Assembly: GCF_000745855.1 (NCBI RefSeq)
Contig: NZ_JQKD01000034.1
Span: 1-64,000, forward strand
DNA: 64,000 bases
Direction: 5' to 3'
DNA from: Xenophilus azovorans DSM 13620
GTDB lineage: Bacteria > Pseudomonadota > Gammaproteobacteria > Burkholderiales > Burkholderiaceae_C
Shown: piece after piece, positions 43,769 to 54,745 of the stretch
Position numbering within the stretch: position 1 is the stretch's first letter
Layout: each line of letters begins with the position of its first letter
Made by a program: the position numbers and the translations under genes
The notes under the pieces: model-generated
What the model was told of the DNA's origin: nothing
Seen by the model: only the letters and a program-made list of their open reading frames with translations
The model's database searches: none

Positions 43769-45543
43769 CGCTCCACGCGCTGCGCCAGCGAGACGGTGAA
43801 GATGCCCCACTCGTCCACCCGCTGCGCGACCTTGCGGAAGCCCGCTTCTTCCACGAGCTGGTCCATCTCGGCCTGCGTGCGCCGGCGCATCACCCAGGCC
43901 TGGCCCTGGCGATGGCTGGTGAGGGCGCGGGCGATCATCTCGAGCTGCGGGTGCCAGGGCTGGCCGGTGTAGACCAGCCAGCCGCCGTCCTCCACCGCGT
44001 CGCCGACGCCGGCCAGCGAGCGGCGCACCATCTCGTTGTCGGGGAACAGCTCGTACAGGCCCGAGACCACCGCCAGCGTGGGGCGCGGCATCACGCTGGC
44101 CAGGCTGACGCGGTCGAAGGCATCGGCCTGCACGAACTGCGCGCGGTCCTGCAGGCCGCGCTCGGCGATCAGATGCTGGCCGTCGCGCACGTTGATGTCG
44201 CTGTAGTCGCGCAGCAGGATGGACTGCGCCTTCACCGGGCTGGCGGCCACCGCGTCGAGCACGTAGCGGCCGTGGCCGGCGGCGATGTCCATCACCCGCA
44301 CCTCGCGCTGGGCGGCGGCCAGGCGCTCCATCGCCTCGCGCAGCAGCTCCTCCACGTGCAGCTTGCGCTGGCGGATGCCGCGCCAGCCGATGGAGTCGAG
44401 GTACGTGCGGTCGACCAGCTTGCCGACCAGCGGCGCGCCGGCGGCCTCGTTGCGGTAGACGTAGTCCAGCGTGCTGCCTGAGTCGAAGCCCGTCTCGTGC
44501 CCCAGCGCGATGCCGCGCGAGAGCTTGCCGCCGAGCTTCAGCCCGGCCCGCGTGAACGTCCAGTACGCGCCGCGCGGCGACAGCGGTGCGAGCGGCTCGG
44601 CCAGCGCGCGCGACTCGTCGGCGGTGGCGCCGGCCTTGTCCGCCTCGCGCAGGTCGACCGGTTCGGGCGGCGTGTCGAACAGCTTCAGGATGAAGGCGCG
44701 TACCGACTGCACCGCCGGCGCGCGGTCGCGCTCGCCCAGGGTGTCGTGGAAGAAGCCGGGCAGTTCGATCTTCTCCTTGACGCGGCTGCCCAGGCGCTCG
44801 AAGAAGGCGTGCTGCGGCTTGTGGTGCACCACCCAGTCGGCGCCGGAGATGAGCAACTGCGTCGGCAGCACGATGGCGTTGGCGTCCTGCACCACGCGCT
44901 CGGCCGTCTCGTACAGGTCGAGCAGGATGTTGACGGCGATCGGCCGGGTGATCAGCGGATCGCTGTCGTAGCTGGCGATGCGCTCGGGGTCGTGCGTGAG
45001 GAACTTCGCCTTCACGTAGCTGTTGACGAAGAACAGGCCCCGCAGCTTGTGCATCAGCGCCAGGCCGGGCCGTGCGAAGGGCACGTACAGCTTGACCTTG
45101 AAGGCGGGGGAGGCGAGGGTGAGGCCGCGCACCTTCGGCGCGTAGTCGTGCGCCCAGGTCGAGACCAGCACCGCGCCCACGCTCTGCGCCACGACATGGA
45201 TGTCTTCTTCGGCGATGCCGTGCTGCGTGCCGATGTGCTCGATGAAGGTCTGCACGTCGCGCGCCGAGTGCGCGAAGCTCGGGCTGTATCCGCGCTGGCC
45301 CGGCGAGCGGCCGTGGCCGCGGGCGTCCCAGGCGAAGAAGTCGAAGTCCGGCAGGTCCAGCTCGTCCACCAGGTGCGCCATGCGCGCGCCGTGCTCGTGG
45401 CCGCGGTGGAACAGCACCACCGCGCCGCGGCGCGCGGGGCCGGCGGCCGGCCAGTGCCGGTAGAACAGCGATTCGCCGTCGTGCGTGCGGAAGTGCAGCT
45501 CGTCGGCCGTGCGGGAAGAAGAGGAGGTCATGGTGTGGTTCAT
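43765..45543 (-). CDS. Bifunctional alpha/beta-hydrolase / class I SAM-dependent methyltransferase
   Basis: N-terminal alpha/beta-hydrolase ([10 protein letters not shown] nucleophile elbow). C-terminal methyltransferase ([11 protein letters not shown]). 592 aa. Confidence 0.65.
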   Translation of the reverse strand: MNHTMTSSSSRTADELHFRTHDGESLFYRHWPAAGPARRGAVVLFHRGHEHGARMAHLVDELDLPDFDFFAWDARGHGRSPGQRGYSPSFAHSARDVQTFIEHIGTQHGIAEEDIHVVAQSVGAVLVSTWAHDYAPKVRGLTLASPAFKVKLYVPFARPGLALMHKLRGLFFVNSYVKAKFLTHDPERIASYDSDPLITRPIAVNILLDLYETAERVVQDANAIVLPTQLLISGADWVVHHKPQHAFFERLGSRVKEKIELPGFFHDTLGERDRAPAVQSVRAFILKLFDTPPEPVDLREADKAGATADESRALAEPLAPLSPRGAYWTFTRAGLKLGGKLSRGIALGHETGFDSGSTLDYVYRNEAAGAPLVGKLVDRTYLDSIGWRGIRQRKLHVEELLREAMERLAAAQREVRVMDIAAGHGRYVLDAVAASPVKAQSILLRDYSDINVRDGQHLIAERGLQDRAQFVQADAFDRVSLASVMPRPTLAVVSGLYELFPDNEMVRRSLAGVGDAVEDGGWLVYTGQPWHPQLEMIARALTSHRQGQAWVMRRRTQAEMDQLVEEAGFRKVAQRVDEWGIFTVSLAQRVER

Positions 45544-45550
45544 CGTCGGA

Positions 45551-46171
45551 TCAGCGCGGCGCCGCCTCGGCCAATGCGGCGCGCACGCGGCGAACCGTCG
45601 TCCAGCCCACCAGGGCGGCCACCAGCGGCATCAGCGCGGCCGTCCAGTCCGGCAGCGGCCCGCCCAGGGCGATGTACAGCCCGAGCGCGCCAAAGACGAA
45701 GGCGCGGTCGCTCTTGCCCATCGGGCCGTCGTAGCGGCGGCTGGCGCCCACGCTCGGCCCCAGGGCGCCGGCGAACTCGGACAGACCGGCCAGCACGATC
45801 ACCGCGCCGACCCAGAAACCGCCGTGGGGCGACAGCGCCGCGAAGTACGTGGCGAAGGGCAGGTACAGCGCCGCGTCGGACAGCACGTCCGTCAGTTCGT
45901 TGAGGAAGGCGCCCAGGCGGCTTTGCTGGCCGTGCTCGCGCGCGAGCATGCCGTCCACCGCGTTGAAGGCCATGCGAAGGAACATCCACAGCGGCACCAT
46001 GGCGAAGGCGTCGGGGCTCGGCTCGGCGAAGAAGAGCCAAAGGCCCAGCGCCACGGAGATCGCGCAGGCGGCCACGGTGACCTGGTTGGCCGTGACGCCG
46101 GCAGTGGCCAGGCGGCGCACCAGCGGCCGCAGCAGAGCCTGGAAGCGGGGTTTGAGCTGGTAGATCGACAA
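45551..46171 (-). CDS. CDP-alcohol phosphatidyltransferase family protein
   Basis: Polytopic. CDP-OH_P_transf-like motif ([26 protein letters not shown]). Start assigned to an in-frame TTG (..SIYQLKPRF), so the start is uncertain. Confidence 0.6.
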   Translation of the reverse strand: MSIYQLKPRFQALLRPLVRRLATAGVTANQVTVAACAISVALGLWLFFAEPSPDAFAMVPLWMFLRMAFNAVDGMLAREHGQQSRLGAFLNELTDVLSDAALYLPFATYFAALSPHGGFWVGAVIVLAGLSEFAGALGPSVGASRRYDGPMGKSDRAFVFGALGLYIALGGPLPDWTAALMPLVAALVGWTTVRRVRAALAEAAPR

Positions 46172-46348
46172 GATGGATGGGCGCGGCGGGCGCGCGGAAG
46201 GGCGACGGGCGGGATTCTGCCTATCGGCCCGGGCGCCCCCGCCCATGCCCTGCCAAGTATTGCCGCTTCCGGCAGGCGGTATCGCCTGGTGCACCCGCGC
46301 GGCCTGTCCGGCGACGCCCACCTACAATCCGGCGCTTCGCACCGCGCC

Positions 46349-47413
<1,065 letters not shown>

Positions 47414-47429
47414 GGTCCCGGCCGCCACA

Positions 47430-48380
47430 ATGGCGGCCATGCACACGCACGACCTCGGCCCCTGGCAGCACAGCCACCAGTTCGACACCGGCAACGCTTC
47501 CGCGGAGCGCAGCACGCGCCTGGTGATGTGGATCACCGCCGTGGCGATGGTGGCGGAGATCGCGGCCGGCTGGTGGTTCAACTCGATGGCGCTGCTGGCC
47601 GACGGCTGGCACATGAGTTCGCACGCCGTGGCCATCGGCCTGAGCGCCTTCGCCTATGCGGCCGCGCGCCGCTACGCGAAGGACTCGCGCTTCGCCTTCG
47701 GCACCTGGAAGATCGAGGTGCTGGCCGGCTACAGCAGCGCGCTGTTCCTGGTCGGCGTGGCCGTGCTCATGGTGGCGGGCTCGCTGGAGCGGCTGTGGTC
47801 GCCGCAGCCCATCCACTACCGCGAGGCGGCGGCCGTCGCCGTGCTGGGGCTGCTGGTCAACCTGCTGAGCGCGCGGCTGCTGGCCGGGCATCACGCTCAT
47901 CACCACGGCCACGATCATCACCACGACGGCCACGCGCATCACGGCCATGACCTCAACCTGCGCTCGGCCTACCTGCACGTCGTCGCCGACGCGGCGACCT
48001 CGGTGCTCGCCATCGCAGCCCTGCTGGGCGGCTGGTTCTTCGGCTGGCGCTGGCTCGACCCGGCGATGGGCCTGGTGGGCGCCGCGCTGGTGGCGTGGTG
48101 GGCCAAGGGCCTGCTGGCGGAAACCGGCAAGGTGCTGCTGGACCGCGAGATGGATCATCCGGTCACCGACGAGATCCGCCAGGGCATCGAGGCGGGCCTG
48201 GCCGATTCCGAGACGCGCGTGGCCGACCTGCACGTCTGGCGCGTGGGCCGCGAGGCCTATGCCTGCGCCGTCACCGTCGTCACGCATTCAACCGTGCTCA
48301 CGGCCGACGAGGTGCGCGCCACCTTCGCCATGCACGAGGAGATCCGCCACTCGACCGTGGAGATCCAGCGCTGCGGCTGA
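47430..48380 (+). CDS. CDF family heavy-metal efflux transporter (CzcD/ZitB-like) with His-rich loop
   Basis: Six TM segments. HHAHHHGHDHHHDGHAHHGHD loop. CDF signature LADGWHMSSHA. Confidence 0.8.
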   Translation: MAAMHTHDLGPWQHSHQFDTGNASAERSTRLVMWITAVAMVAEIAAGWWFNSMALLADGWHMSSHAVAIGLSAFAYAAARRYAKDSRFAFGTWKIEVLAGYSSALFLVGVAVLMVAGSLERLWSPQPIHYREAAAVAVLGLLVNLLSARLLAGHHAHHHGHDHHHDGHAHHGHDLNLRSAYLHVVADAATSVLAIAALLGGWFFGWRWLDPAMGLVGAALVAWWAKGLLAETGKVLLDREMDHPVTDEIRQGIEAGLADSETRVADLHVWRVGREAYACAVTVVTHSTVLTADEVRATFAMHEEIRHSTVEIQRCG

Positions 48381-48462
48381 GCGCGGCGGGCCGCCGCCGT
48401 GTCACGCGCCCGTCATCGCATCGACACACCCGGGTCACCGGCCCGCGCGATGCTGCGGGGCC

Positions 48463-49329
48463 ATGCAACGCGACGACGCTTTCCTGCGCGCCTGGCGCGA
48501 CAACGCGGCCCGGCTGCTCGACACCGGCGACGAGGGCGGGGACGCGCGTCCGCCGCAGCGCTACCGCACGCTGTGGATCTCCGACCTGCATCTGGGCACG
48601 CCGGGCTGCCAGGCCCATGCGCTGCTCGACTTCCTGAAGCACACCGAGAGCGACACGCTGTTCCTGGTCGGCGACATCATCGACGGCTGGCAGCTCAAGC
48701 GGCACTGGTACTGGCCGCAGGCGCACAACGACGTCATCCAGAAGCTGCTGCGCAAGGCGCGCAAGGGCACCCGCGTGGTCTTCGTGCCGGGCAACCACGA
48801 CGAGTTCGCGCGCAAGTACCTGCACCACAACTTCGGCGGCATCGACGTGGCCGAGGAGTGGATCCACGAGACCGCCGACGGTCGCAAGCTGTGGGTGATG
48901 CACGGCGACCTGTTCGATGGCGTCATCCAGTGCGCCAAGTGGCTGGCCTACGTGGGCGATTCGCTCTACGAGTTCACGCTCAAGCTCAACCGGCACCTGA
49001 ACTCGCTGCGCGCGCGCATGGGACTGCCGTACTGGTCGCTGTCGAAGTACCTCAAGGGCAAGGTCAAGCGCGCCGTGAGCTACGTGGGCGACTTCGAGGC
49101 CGCCGTGGCGCGCGAGGCGCACAAGCGCGGCGTGCAGGGCGTGGTGTGCGGGCACATCCACCACGCCGAGATGCGCGAGATCGACGGCATCCTCTACTGC
49201 AACGACGGCGACTGGGTCGAGAGCCTCACGGCGCTGGCCGAGCATGCCGACGGCCGGCTGGAGATCATCGACTGGGCGCAGCGCATGCGCGCCGGGCTGC
49301 CGCAGCAGGCGGCGAGCCAGGGCGCCTGA
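48463..49329 (+). CDS. lpxH: UDP-2,3-diacylglucosamine diphosphatase family metallophosphoesterase
   Basis: Trimmed to MQRDDAF. LpxH-type motifs WISDLHLG, GDIIDGW, GNHDE. Confidence 0.65.
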   Translation: MQRDDAFLRAWRDNAARLLDTGDEGGDARPPQRYRTLWISDLHLGTPGCQAHALLDFLKHTESDTLFLVGDIIDGWQLKRHWYWPQAHNDVIQKLLRKARKGTRVVFVPGNHDEFARKYLHHNFGGIDVAEEWIHETADGRKLWVMHGDLFDGVIQCAKWLAYVGDSLYEFTLKLNRHLNSLRARMGLPYWSLSKYLKGKVKRAVSYVGDFEAAVAREAHKRGVQGVVCGHIHHAEMREIDGILYCNDGDWVESLTALAEHADGRLEIIDWAQRMRAGLPQQAASQGA

Positions 49330-49391
49330 AACGCGAACGGCACCGCCAGGGTGCCGTTGCGTCGCCAGGGCCCCGACGGGCCGGGGCTACG

Positions 49392-50903
49392 CTACTCCTC
49401 GACGAAGGCCTCCTCGCGCTTGGCCTTCACCGACGGCAGCAGCACGATCGTCAGCAGCGCCGCCGAGGCGATGATCAGGCCGAGCGAGATCGGCCGCGTC
49501 ACCAGCACCGACCAGTCGCCGCGCGAGAGCAGCAGGGCGCGGCGCAGGTTCTCCTCCATCATCGGCCCGAGGATGAAGCCCAGCAGCAGCGGCGCCGGCT
49601 CGCACTTGAGCTTGAGGAACGCGTAGCCCACGATGCCGAAGATCGCCACCATCCACACGTCGAAGGTGTTGTTGTTCTCGGAGTACACGCCGACGGCGCA
49701 GAACAGCACGATGGCGGGGAACAGCCACTTGTAGGGGATGGTCAGCAGCCGGATCCACAGGCCGATCATCGGCAGGTTCAGGATGATCAGCATCAGGTTG
49801 CCGATCCACATGGACGCGATCAGGCCCCAGAAGAGTTCGGGGTTGCTGCTCATCACTTGCGGGCCGGGCTGGATGTTGTGGATGGTCATGGCGCCGACCA
49901 TCAGCGCCATCACCGGGTTGGGCGGGATGCCCAGGGTGAGCAGCGGGATGAAGGAAGTCTGCGCGCCGGCGTTGTTGGCCGACTCGGGGCCGGCCACGCC
50001 GCGGATGTTGCCCTGGCCGAAGGGCACCTCGCCCGGCTTCAGGCGGCTGCGCTTCTCGAGCGTGTAGGAGGCGAAGGACGACAGCAGCGCGCCGCCGCCC
50101 GGCAGGATGCCCAGGCAGCAGCCGAGCGCGGTGCCGCGCAGCACGGCGGGCGTCATGCGCTTGAAGTCTTCCTTGGTCGGCCACAGGCCCTTGACCTTGG
50201 CGGTGAACACCTCGCGGTGCTCCTCCGGCACGGACAGGTTGCCGATGATCTCGCCGTAACCGAACACGCCCATCGCGATGGCGATGAAGCCGATGCCGTC
50301 GGTCAGTTCGGGAATGTCGAAGGAATAGCGCGCCACGCCCGAGTTGACGTCGGTGCCCACCAGCCCCAGGGCCAGGCCCAGCAGGATCATCGTGATGGCC
50401 TTGAGCAGCGAGCCGGAGGCCAGCACCACGGCGCCGATCAGGCCCAGCACCATCAGGCTGAAGTATTCGGCGGGGCCGAACTTGAAGGCCAGCTCGGTCA
50501 GCGGCGGCGCGAAGGCGGCCAGGATGATGGTGCCCACGCAGCCGGCGAAGAAGGAGCCCAGGCCCGCCGCGGCCAGCGCCGGCCCGGCCCGGCCCTGCCT
50601 GGCCATCTGGTAGCCGTCGATCAAGGTCACCACCGACGACGACTCGCCCGGCAGGTTGACCAGGATGGCGGTGGTGGAGCCGCCGTACTGAGCGCCGTAG
50701 TAGATGCCGGCGAGCATGATCAGGGCCGACACCGGCGGCAGCGCGTAGGTGGCCGGCAGCAGCATGGCGATGGTGGCCACCGGGCCGATGCCGGGCAGCA
50801 CGCCGATCAGCGTGCCCAGCAGGCAGCCGACGAAGGCGTACGCCAGGTTCTGGAAGGTGAACGCGACGCCGAAGCCGGTCGCGAGATTGCTGAGAAGGTC
50901 CAT
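49392..50903 (-). CDS. tctA: Tripartite tricarboxylate transporter permease TctA
   Basis: 503-aa polytopic protein. N-terminus MDLLSNLATGFGVAFTFQNL is the TctA signature. Confidence 0.85.
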   Translation of the reverse strand: MDLLSNLATGFGVAFTFQNLAYAFVGCLLGTLIGVLPGIGPVATIAMLLPATYALPPVSALIMLAGIYYGAQYGGSTTAILVNLPGESSSVVTLIDGYQMARQGRAGPALAAAGLGSFFAGCVGTIILAAFAPPLTELAFKFGPAEYFSLMVLGLIGAVVLASGSLLKAITMILLGLALGLVGTDVNSGVARYSFDIPELTDGIGFIAIAMGVFGYGEIIGNLSVPEEHREVFTAKVKGLWPTKEDFKRMTPAVLRGTALGCCLGILPGGGALLSSFASYTLEKRSRLKPGEVPFGQGNIRGVAGPESANNAGAQTSFIPLLTLGIPPNPVMALMVGAMTIHNIQPGPQVMSSNPELFWGLIASMWIGNLMLIILNLPMIGLWIRLLTIPYKWLFPAIVLFCAVGVYSENNNTFDVWMVAIFGIVGYAFLKLKCEPAPLLLGFILGPMMEENLRRALLLSRGDWSVLVTRPISLGLIIASAALLTIVLLPSVKAKREEAFVEE

Positions 50904-50946
50904 GGGGCCGTTCGGTTCTGTATGTCTCGGTTGTCGTAGGCGCCGT

Positions 50947-51432
50947 TCAGGCGATGAAGGTCGGCCACACGGGGAACTGCAGCTTCAGCGCGACCACGAA
51001 GGCCAGGTAGCTGCCGACGGCCAGGATGGTGGCCAGGATGGCCGTGGCCTTGGCGTTGAAGCGTTCGCCGGCCAGGCTGGCGACGAAGGTGAGGGCGTAA
51101 ATCGCCACGATCAGCCCCATCGGCGGCAGGCCGATGCTGGGCAGGCCGCCCAGCAGCAGGCCGAACAGCAGGTTGGCACCGATGATGAAGATCAGGGGGC
51201 GCCAGGCGATCTTGCCGACCGGTTCGCCGTCCTCGGTCTCGACGACCAGCGCCTTGAGCGTGATGGCGACGCCCATGATGGCGATCAGCACCCCCACGAT
51301 CATCGGGAAGTAGCCGGGGCCCATGCGCGCCCCGGTGCCGACCGTGTAGGTCGTGGCACCCCAGGCGAAGGCCACGCCGAAAGCGCAGAAAAGGACTCCC
51401 GCGAAGAAGTCCCGCTGACTCTTGATGTTCAC
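50947..51432 (-). CDS. tctB: Tripartite tricarboxylate transporter small subunit TctB
   Basis: 161 aa, four TM segments. C-terminal in-frame portion of the artefactual track ORF 50947..52896. GTG start with AGGAGA RBS. Confidence 0.6.
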   Translation of the reverse strand: MNIKSQRDFFAGVLFCAFGVAFAWGATTYTVGTGARMGPGYFPMIVGVLIAIMGVAITLKALVVETEDGEPVGKIAWRPLIFIIGANLLFGLLLGGLPSIGLPPMGLIVAIYALTFVASLAGERFNAKATAILATILAVGSYLAFVVALKLQFPVWPTFIA

Positions 51433-51560
51433 TGACTGGTCTCCTGTGGATCGCCCCGGAGATGAAAAAAAAAGGGCGCAGGCGATCGTAGGAAAGGCGC
51501 GCGACGGCGTGCATGACCGGACCATTGCCGTTCGGCAATGTGCGGGGCGCCGCCCGGTGC

Positions 51561-52916
51561 TCAGGTGCCGGCGGCCGGCAGTTCCACGCGCACGCGCAGG
51601 CCGGGCTGCGCGTCCTCGTAGTGCACGCGCCCGCCGTGCAGCGCCACCACCGCCTGCACGCCGGCCAGGCCCAGGCCGTGGCCGCCCACCTGGGGGCGCA
51701 GGCGCACGAAGCGCGTGCCGATGCGTGTGCGGTCCGCTTCCGGCACACCCGGGCCGTCGTCCTGCACCGTCAGCAGGCCCCAGCCGTCCCGGGCCTCGGT
51801 GCCCACGCGCACGGTGCAGGTGGGGCCGCCGTACTTGAGCGCGTTGTCCAGCAGGTTGGCCGCCACGCCGGCCAGCAGCTCGCGGTCGCCCCGCACCTGC
51901 AGCGCCTCGCACGGCTCGCGCAGCACCGTGGCGCCCTGCGCCTCGGCCACGGCGCCGTAGAGCTCCACCACGTCGTCGGCGATGGTGTGCAGCGCCACCG
52001 CGCCGAAGCGGCCGCGCTGCGCGCCGGCCTCGGCCTCGGCGATCTGCAGCAGCTTGCCGAACACGCGGTTCAGGTCCTCCAGCTCGGCGATGGCGGTCCG
52101 GATCGCCGCCCGGCGCTGCCCGGCGTCGGCGCCGTCGTCGTCCGCCGCGCGCAGGCGCGCGAGGATGCGCGTGAGCGGCGTGCGCAGCTCGTGGGCGATG
52201 GTGTCCGAGACGTGGCGCACGCCATCCATCAGCGACTGGATGCGGTCCAGCATGGTGTTGACGTCCTGCTCCAGCAGTGCGAACTCGTCGTCGTCTTCCG
52301 ACAGCGGGACGCGATGGCGCAGGTCGCCCAGCGCGATGCGCGCGGCCGTGCGCCGCACCGCGCCCACGCTGCGCTCCAGCTCCTGGCGGAACACGAACAC
52401 GCCGCCGGCCAGCAGCAGCATGGCCACGAAGGCCGCGGCGGCGCTGGCGCTGACGATCAGTTCCTCCAGCGCCTGCTGGTCGCTCAGGTCGCTGCCCACC
52501 ACCAGCACGTGGCCCTGGGCCACCGGACGCACCACCAGCCAGGCGCGCACGCTGCGGCCCTTGCGCAGCACCTGCCGCTGGCCGTCGGCGCCGGGCGCCG
52601 GCAGGGTGTCGAGGTTGCCCGCCAGGCGGCGGCCCTGCGCGTCCACGAGCAGCAGCATCTCCTGGTCGGTGCTGCGGCCGTCGGCCAGCGTGCGCTCGAT
52701 CTCGCGCACCACGGCGTCGGCGCCTTCGCGCTCCAGCAGCGTCGCGAGCTGCTGCGCGGTGGTGCTCACCTGCCGCGCCATGCGTTGGTGCAGCACGCCC
52801 ACCGTCTGCAGGTAGATGATGGCCAGCGCCGCCAGCATGGTGATGCCCACCAGCAGCGCGTAGTGCGCGGCCAGCCGGAAGCCGGCCGAGCGCCACAGCC
52901 GGCGCAGCGCGTTCAT
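51561..52916 (-). CDS. tctE: Two-component sensor histidine kinase TctE-like
   Basis: Two TM segments, HAMP, HisKA (VSDTIAHELRTPL) and HATPase_c (QDDGPGVP). 451 aa. Confidence 0.75.
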   Translation of the reverse strand: MNALRRLWRSAGFRLAAHYALLVGITMLAALAIIYLQTVGVLHQRMARQVSTTAQQLATLLEREGADAVVREIERTLADGRSTDQEMLLLVDAQGRRLAGNLDTLPAPGADGQRQVLRKGRSVRAWLVVRPVAQGHVLVVGSDLSDQQALEELIVSASAAAAFVAMLLLAGGVFVFRQELERSVGAVRRTAARIALGDLRHRVPLSEDDDEFALLEQDVNTMLDRIQSLMDGVRHVSDTIAHELRTPLTRILARLRAADDDGADAGQRRAAIRTAIAELEDLNRVFGKLLQIAEAEAGAQRGRFGAVALHTIADDVVELYGAVAEAQGATVLREPCEALQVRGDRELLAGVAANLLDNALKYGGPTCTVRVGTEARDGWGLLTVQDDGPGVPEADRTRIGTRFVRLRPQVGGHGLGLAGVQAVVALHGGRVHYEDAQPGLRVRVELPAAGT

Positions 52917-53623
52917 GTCTGCGCGGCGCCGTCGCCGGATGCCGGCGCCGCGAGCCGGTAGCCCACGCCGCGCACGGTGTGGATCAGCGAGGGGCCACCA
53001 CCCGCGTCCAGCTTGGCGCGCAGGCGGCTGACCTGCACGTCGATGACGTTGGTCTGCGGGTCGAACTGGTAGTCCCACACGGCCTCGAGCAGCATGGTGC
53101 GGGTGAGCACCTGGCCCGCATGCAGCGCCAGGAAGGCCAGCAGCCGGAACTCGCGCGGCTGCAGCGCGATGGGCCGCCCGCCGCGCTCGGCCTTGCGGCT
53201 GCCCAGGTCCAGGCGCAGGTCGGCCACCTCGACGACGCGGATCTCCGGGCCGGGGCGCGAGCGGCGCACCAGCGCCTCGGCGCGCGCGGCCAGTTCCGAG
53301 AAGGCGAAGGGCTTGGCCAGGTAGTCGTCGCCGCCGGCCTTGAGGCCGCGCACGCGCTCGTCCAGCGCGCTCAGGGCGCTGAGCACCAGCACCGGGGTGC
53401 GTCTGCCCATGGCGCGCAGCGCGGCCAGGATGCCCAGCCCGTCCACGCCGCCGGGCAGCATGCGGTCGAGGATGATCAGGTCCCAGGCCTCGGCGCTGGC
53501 ACGCGCCAGCGCCTCCGGCCCTTCGCGGCAGATCACGGCCACATGCCCCAGGCCGCGGAAGCCGTCGGCGATGTAGCGTGCGTTGTCGGCGTCGTCCTCG
53601 ACCACCAGGCAGCGCCACATGGC
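52913..53623 (-). CDS. tctD: OmpR-family response regulator TctD-like
   Basis: Trimmed to MWRCLVVEDD (receiver). C-terminal winged-helix domain. 4-nt overlap with the kinase gene. Confidence 0.8.
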   Translation of the reverse strand, partial: AMWRCLVVEDDADNARYIADGFRGLGHVAVICREGPEALARASAEAWDLIILDRMLPGGVDGLGILAALRAMGRRTPVLVLSALSALDERVRGLKAGGDDYLAKPFAFSELAARAEALVRRSRPGPEIRVVEVADLRLDLGSRKAERGGRPIALQPREFRLLAFLALHAGQVLTRTMLLEAVWDYQFDPQTNVIDVQVSRLRAKLDAGGGPSLIHTVRGVGYRLAAPASGDGAAQT

Positions 53624-53786
53624 GGTGCCCGTCGCGCCGGCCGCCGGCTGTGCGGATGAGGGGTGCGTCTGCATGCTGTCGGTGCTCGGGGCCATGGCCA
53701 AATTGTCGAGCCTCGCGCGGCGTCTACACTGCGAACCCGCCCGCGGGCAAATCCCCGCGGGCGATTTCGTATCTCAAGGAGCAGTT

Positions 53787-54140
53787 TTGAATCGTATCGA
53801 GTTCATCGAAAAGATCGTCGCCGCGCACGGCGTGTCCAAGGCCGAGGCCGGCCGCATTCTGGAGACGGTGACCAGCACCATCGTCGGCGCCGTGAAGAAG
53901 GGCGACAGCGTGTCGCTGGTCGGTTTCGGCACCTTCAAGCAGGTGGCTCGCGCCGCGCGCACCGGCTTCAACCCGCAGGCCGGCGAGAAGATCAAGATCG
54001 CCGCCCAGAAGGTGCCGAAGTTCGTGCCGGGCGCAGCCTTCAAGGCGGCCGTCGATCCGAAGGCCGCCAAGCGCAAGGCCGAGAAGGCCGCCGCCAAGCC
54101 GGCGAAGAAGCCGGCCGCGAAGAAGGGCGCGAAGAAGTAA
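53787..54140 (+). CDS. HU family DNA-binding protein with Ala/Lys-rich C-terminal tail
   Basis: LNRIEFIEKIVAAHGVSKAEAGRILETVTSTIVGAVKKGDSVSLVGFGTF..ARTGFNPQAGEKIKI. Tail AAKRKAEKAAAKPAKKPAAKKGAKK. TTG start with AAGGA RBS preferred, but an upstream in-frame start is possible. Confidence 0.7.
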   Translation: MNRIEFIEKIVAAHGVSKAEAGRILETVTSTIVGAVKKGDSVSLVGFGTFKQVARAARTGFNPQAGEKIKIAAQKVPKFVPGAAFKAAVDPKAAKRKAEKAAAKPAKKPAAKKGAKK

Positions 54141-54166
54141 GAAGCACGGCACCTGCCGATCCTTCG

Positions 54167-54192
54167 AGATGGCCCTTCGGGGCCATTCTTGT
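54167..54192 (+). terminator. Rho-independent terminator after the HU gene
   Basis: ATGGCCCTTCGGGGCCAT hairpin followed by TCTTGTT. Confidence 0.6.
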
Positions 54193-54328
54193 TGGTGGCT
54201 CCGGCGCTCGATGACACTCTGCAAGGTGCCGCCCGGCGCATGGCTATGTCCTAAGACACACAGAAAGCGTAAAGAACTTCCCTTTTGCGGCGAAGTTCGG
54301 CGTACTCTCGATCGCTGGAGAGCACGAA

Positions 54329-54580
54329 ATGAAACTGGATCGCCCTGGAGCGCCGCACGAGGCGCCTCTGGCCCCCGAGGATTGGACGATGGACATGATC
54401 CGCGAAGGCGATCAGCACATCGCGGAGTTGCGGCGTGACGGCAAGGTGATGTGCCGCCTGTCTATCATGCTCAACGAGCAGGAAGGCGACGCTGTCCGCA
54501 CGGTGATCGCCGAGAAGGCGCGGTGGTGGATCCACGAATACCTCCACCGGCCGCCGTCCGGCTTCGCGGCCTTGGAATGA
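54329..54580 (+). CDS. Hypothetical protein (83 aa)
   Basis: ORF with plausible composition (MKLDRPGAPHEAPLAPEDWTMDMIREGDQHIAELRRDGKVMCRL...). No recognisable family. Confidence 0.35.
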   Translation: MKLDRPGAPHEAPLAPEDWTMDMIREGDQHIAELRRDGKVMCRLSIMLNEQEGDAVRTVIAEKARWWIHEYLHRPPSGFAALE

Positions 54581-54616
54581 AAAGGCCGCCCGGAGGCGGC
54601 GTGCGGAGCGCCTTGG

Positions 54617-54745
54617 TCAGCCTCGCTGGCCGGGCTGCTGTCCCTGTCCCGGTTGCTGCTGTCCCGGCTTGCCCGGATTCTGCTGCTGCTGGTCGGGGTT
54701 CTGCGGGTTGGGATTCTGTTGGTTCGGCGCTTGAGGGGTCGTCAT
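54617..54745 (-). CDS. Putative small Pro/Gln-rich protein (42 aa)
   Basis: ATG preceded by AGGAGATCC RBS. Encodes MTTPQAPNQQNPNPQNPDQQQQNPGKPGQQQPGQGQQPGQRG. Below the track's length cutoff. Coordinates +/-2. Confidence 0.25.
   Translation of the reverse strand: MTTPQAPNQQNPNPQNPDQQQQNPGKPGQQQPGQGQQPGQRG

Noticed and set aside
39358-46348. LexA (SOS) box upstream of ruvA or ruvB
   Set aside because: No CTGT-N8-ACAG-like palindrome was found in either upstream region, so no regulatory site is called.
50947-52896. 649-aa ORF fusing TctB with upstream sequence (similarly 58095..61289, 1064 aa, and 59612..61987, 791 aa)
   Set aside because: The N-terminal parts are low-complexity read-through of neighbouring genes in wrong frames. 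Only the C-terminal portions (TctB, enoyl-CoA hydratase, M61 peptidase) have protein-like sequence and proper starts.
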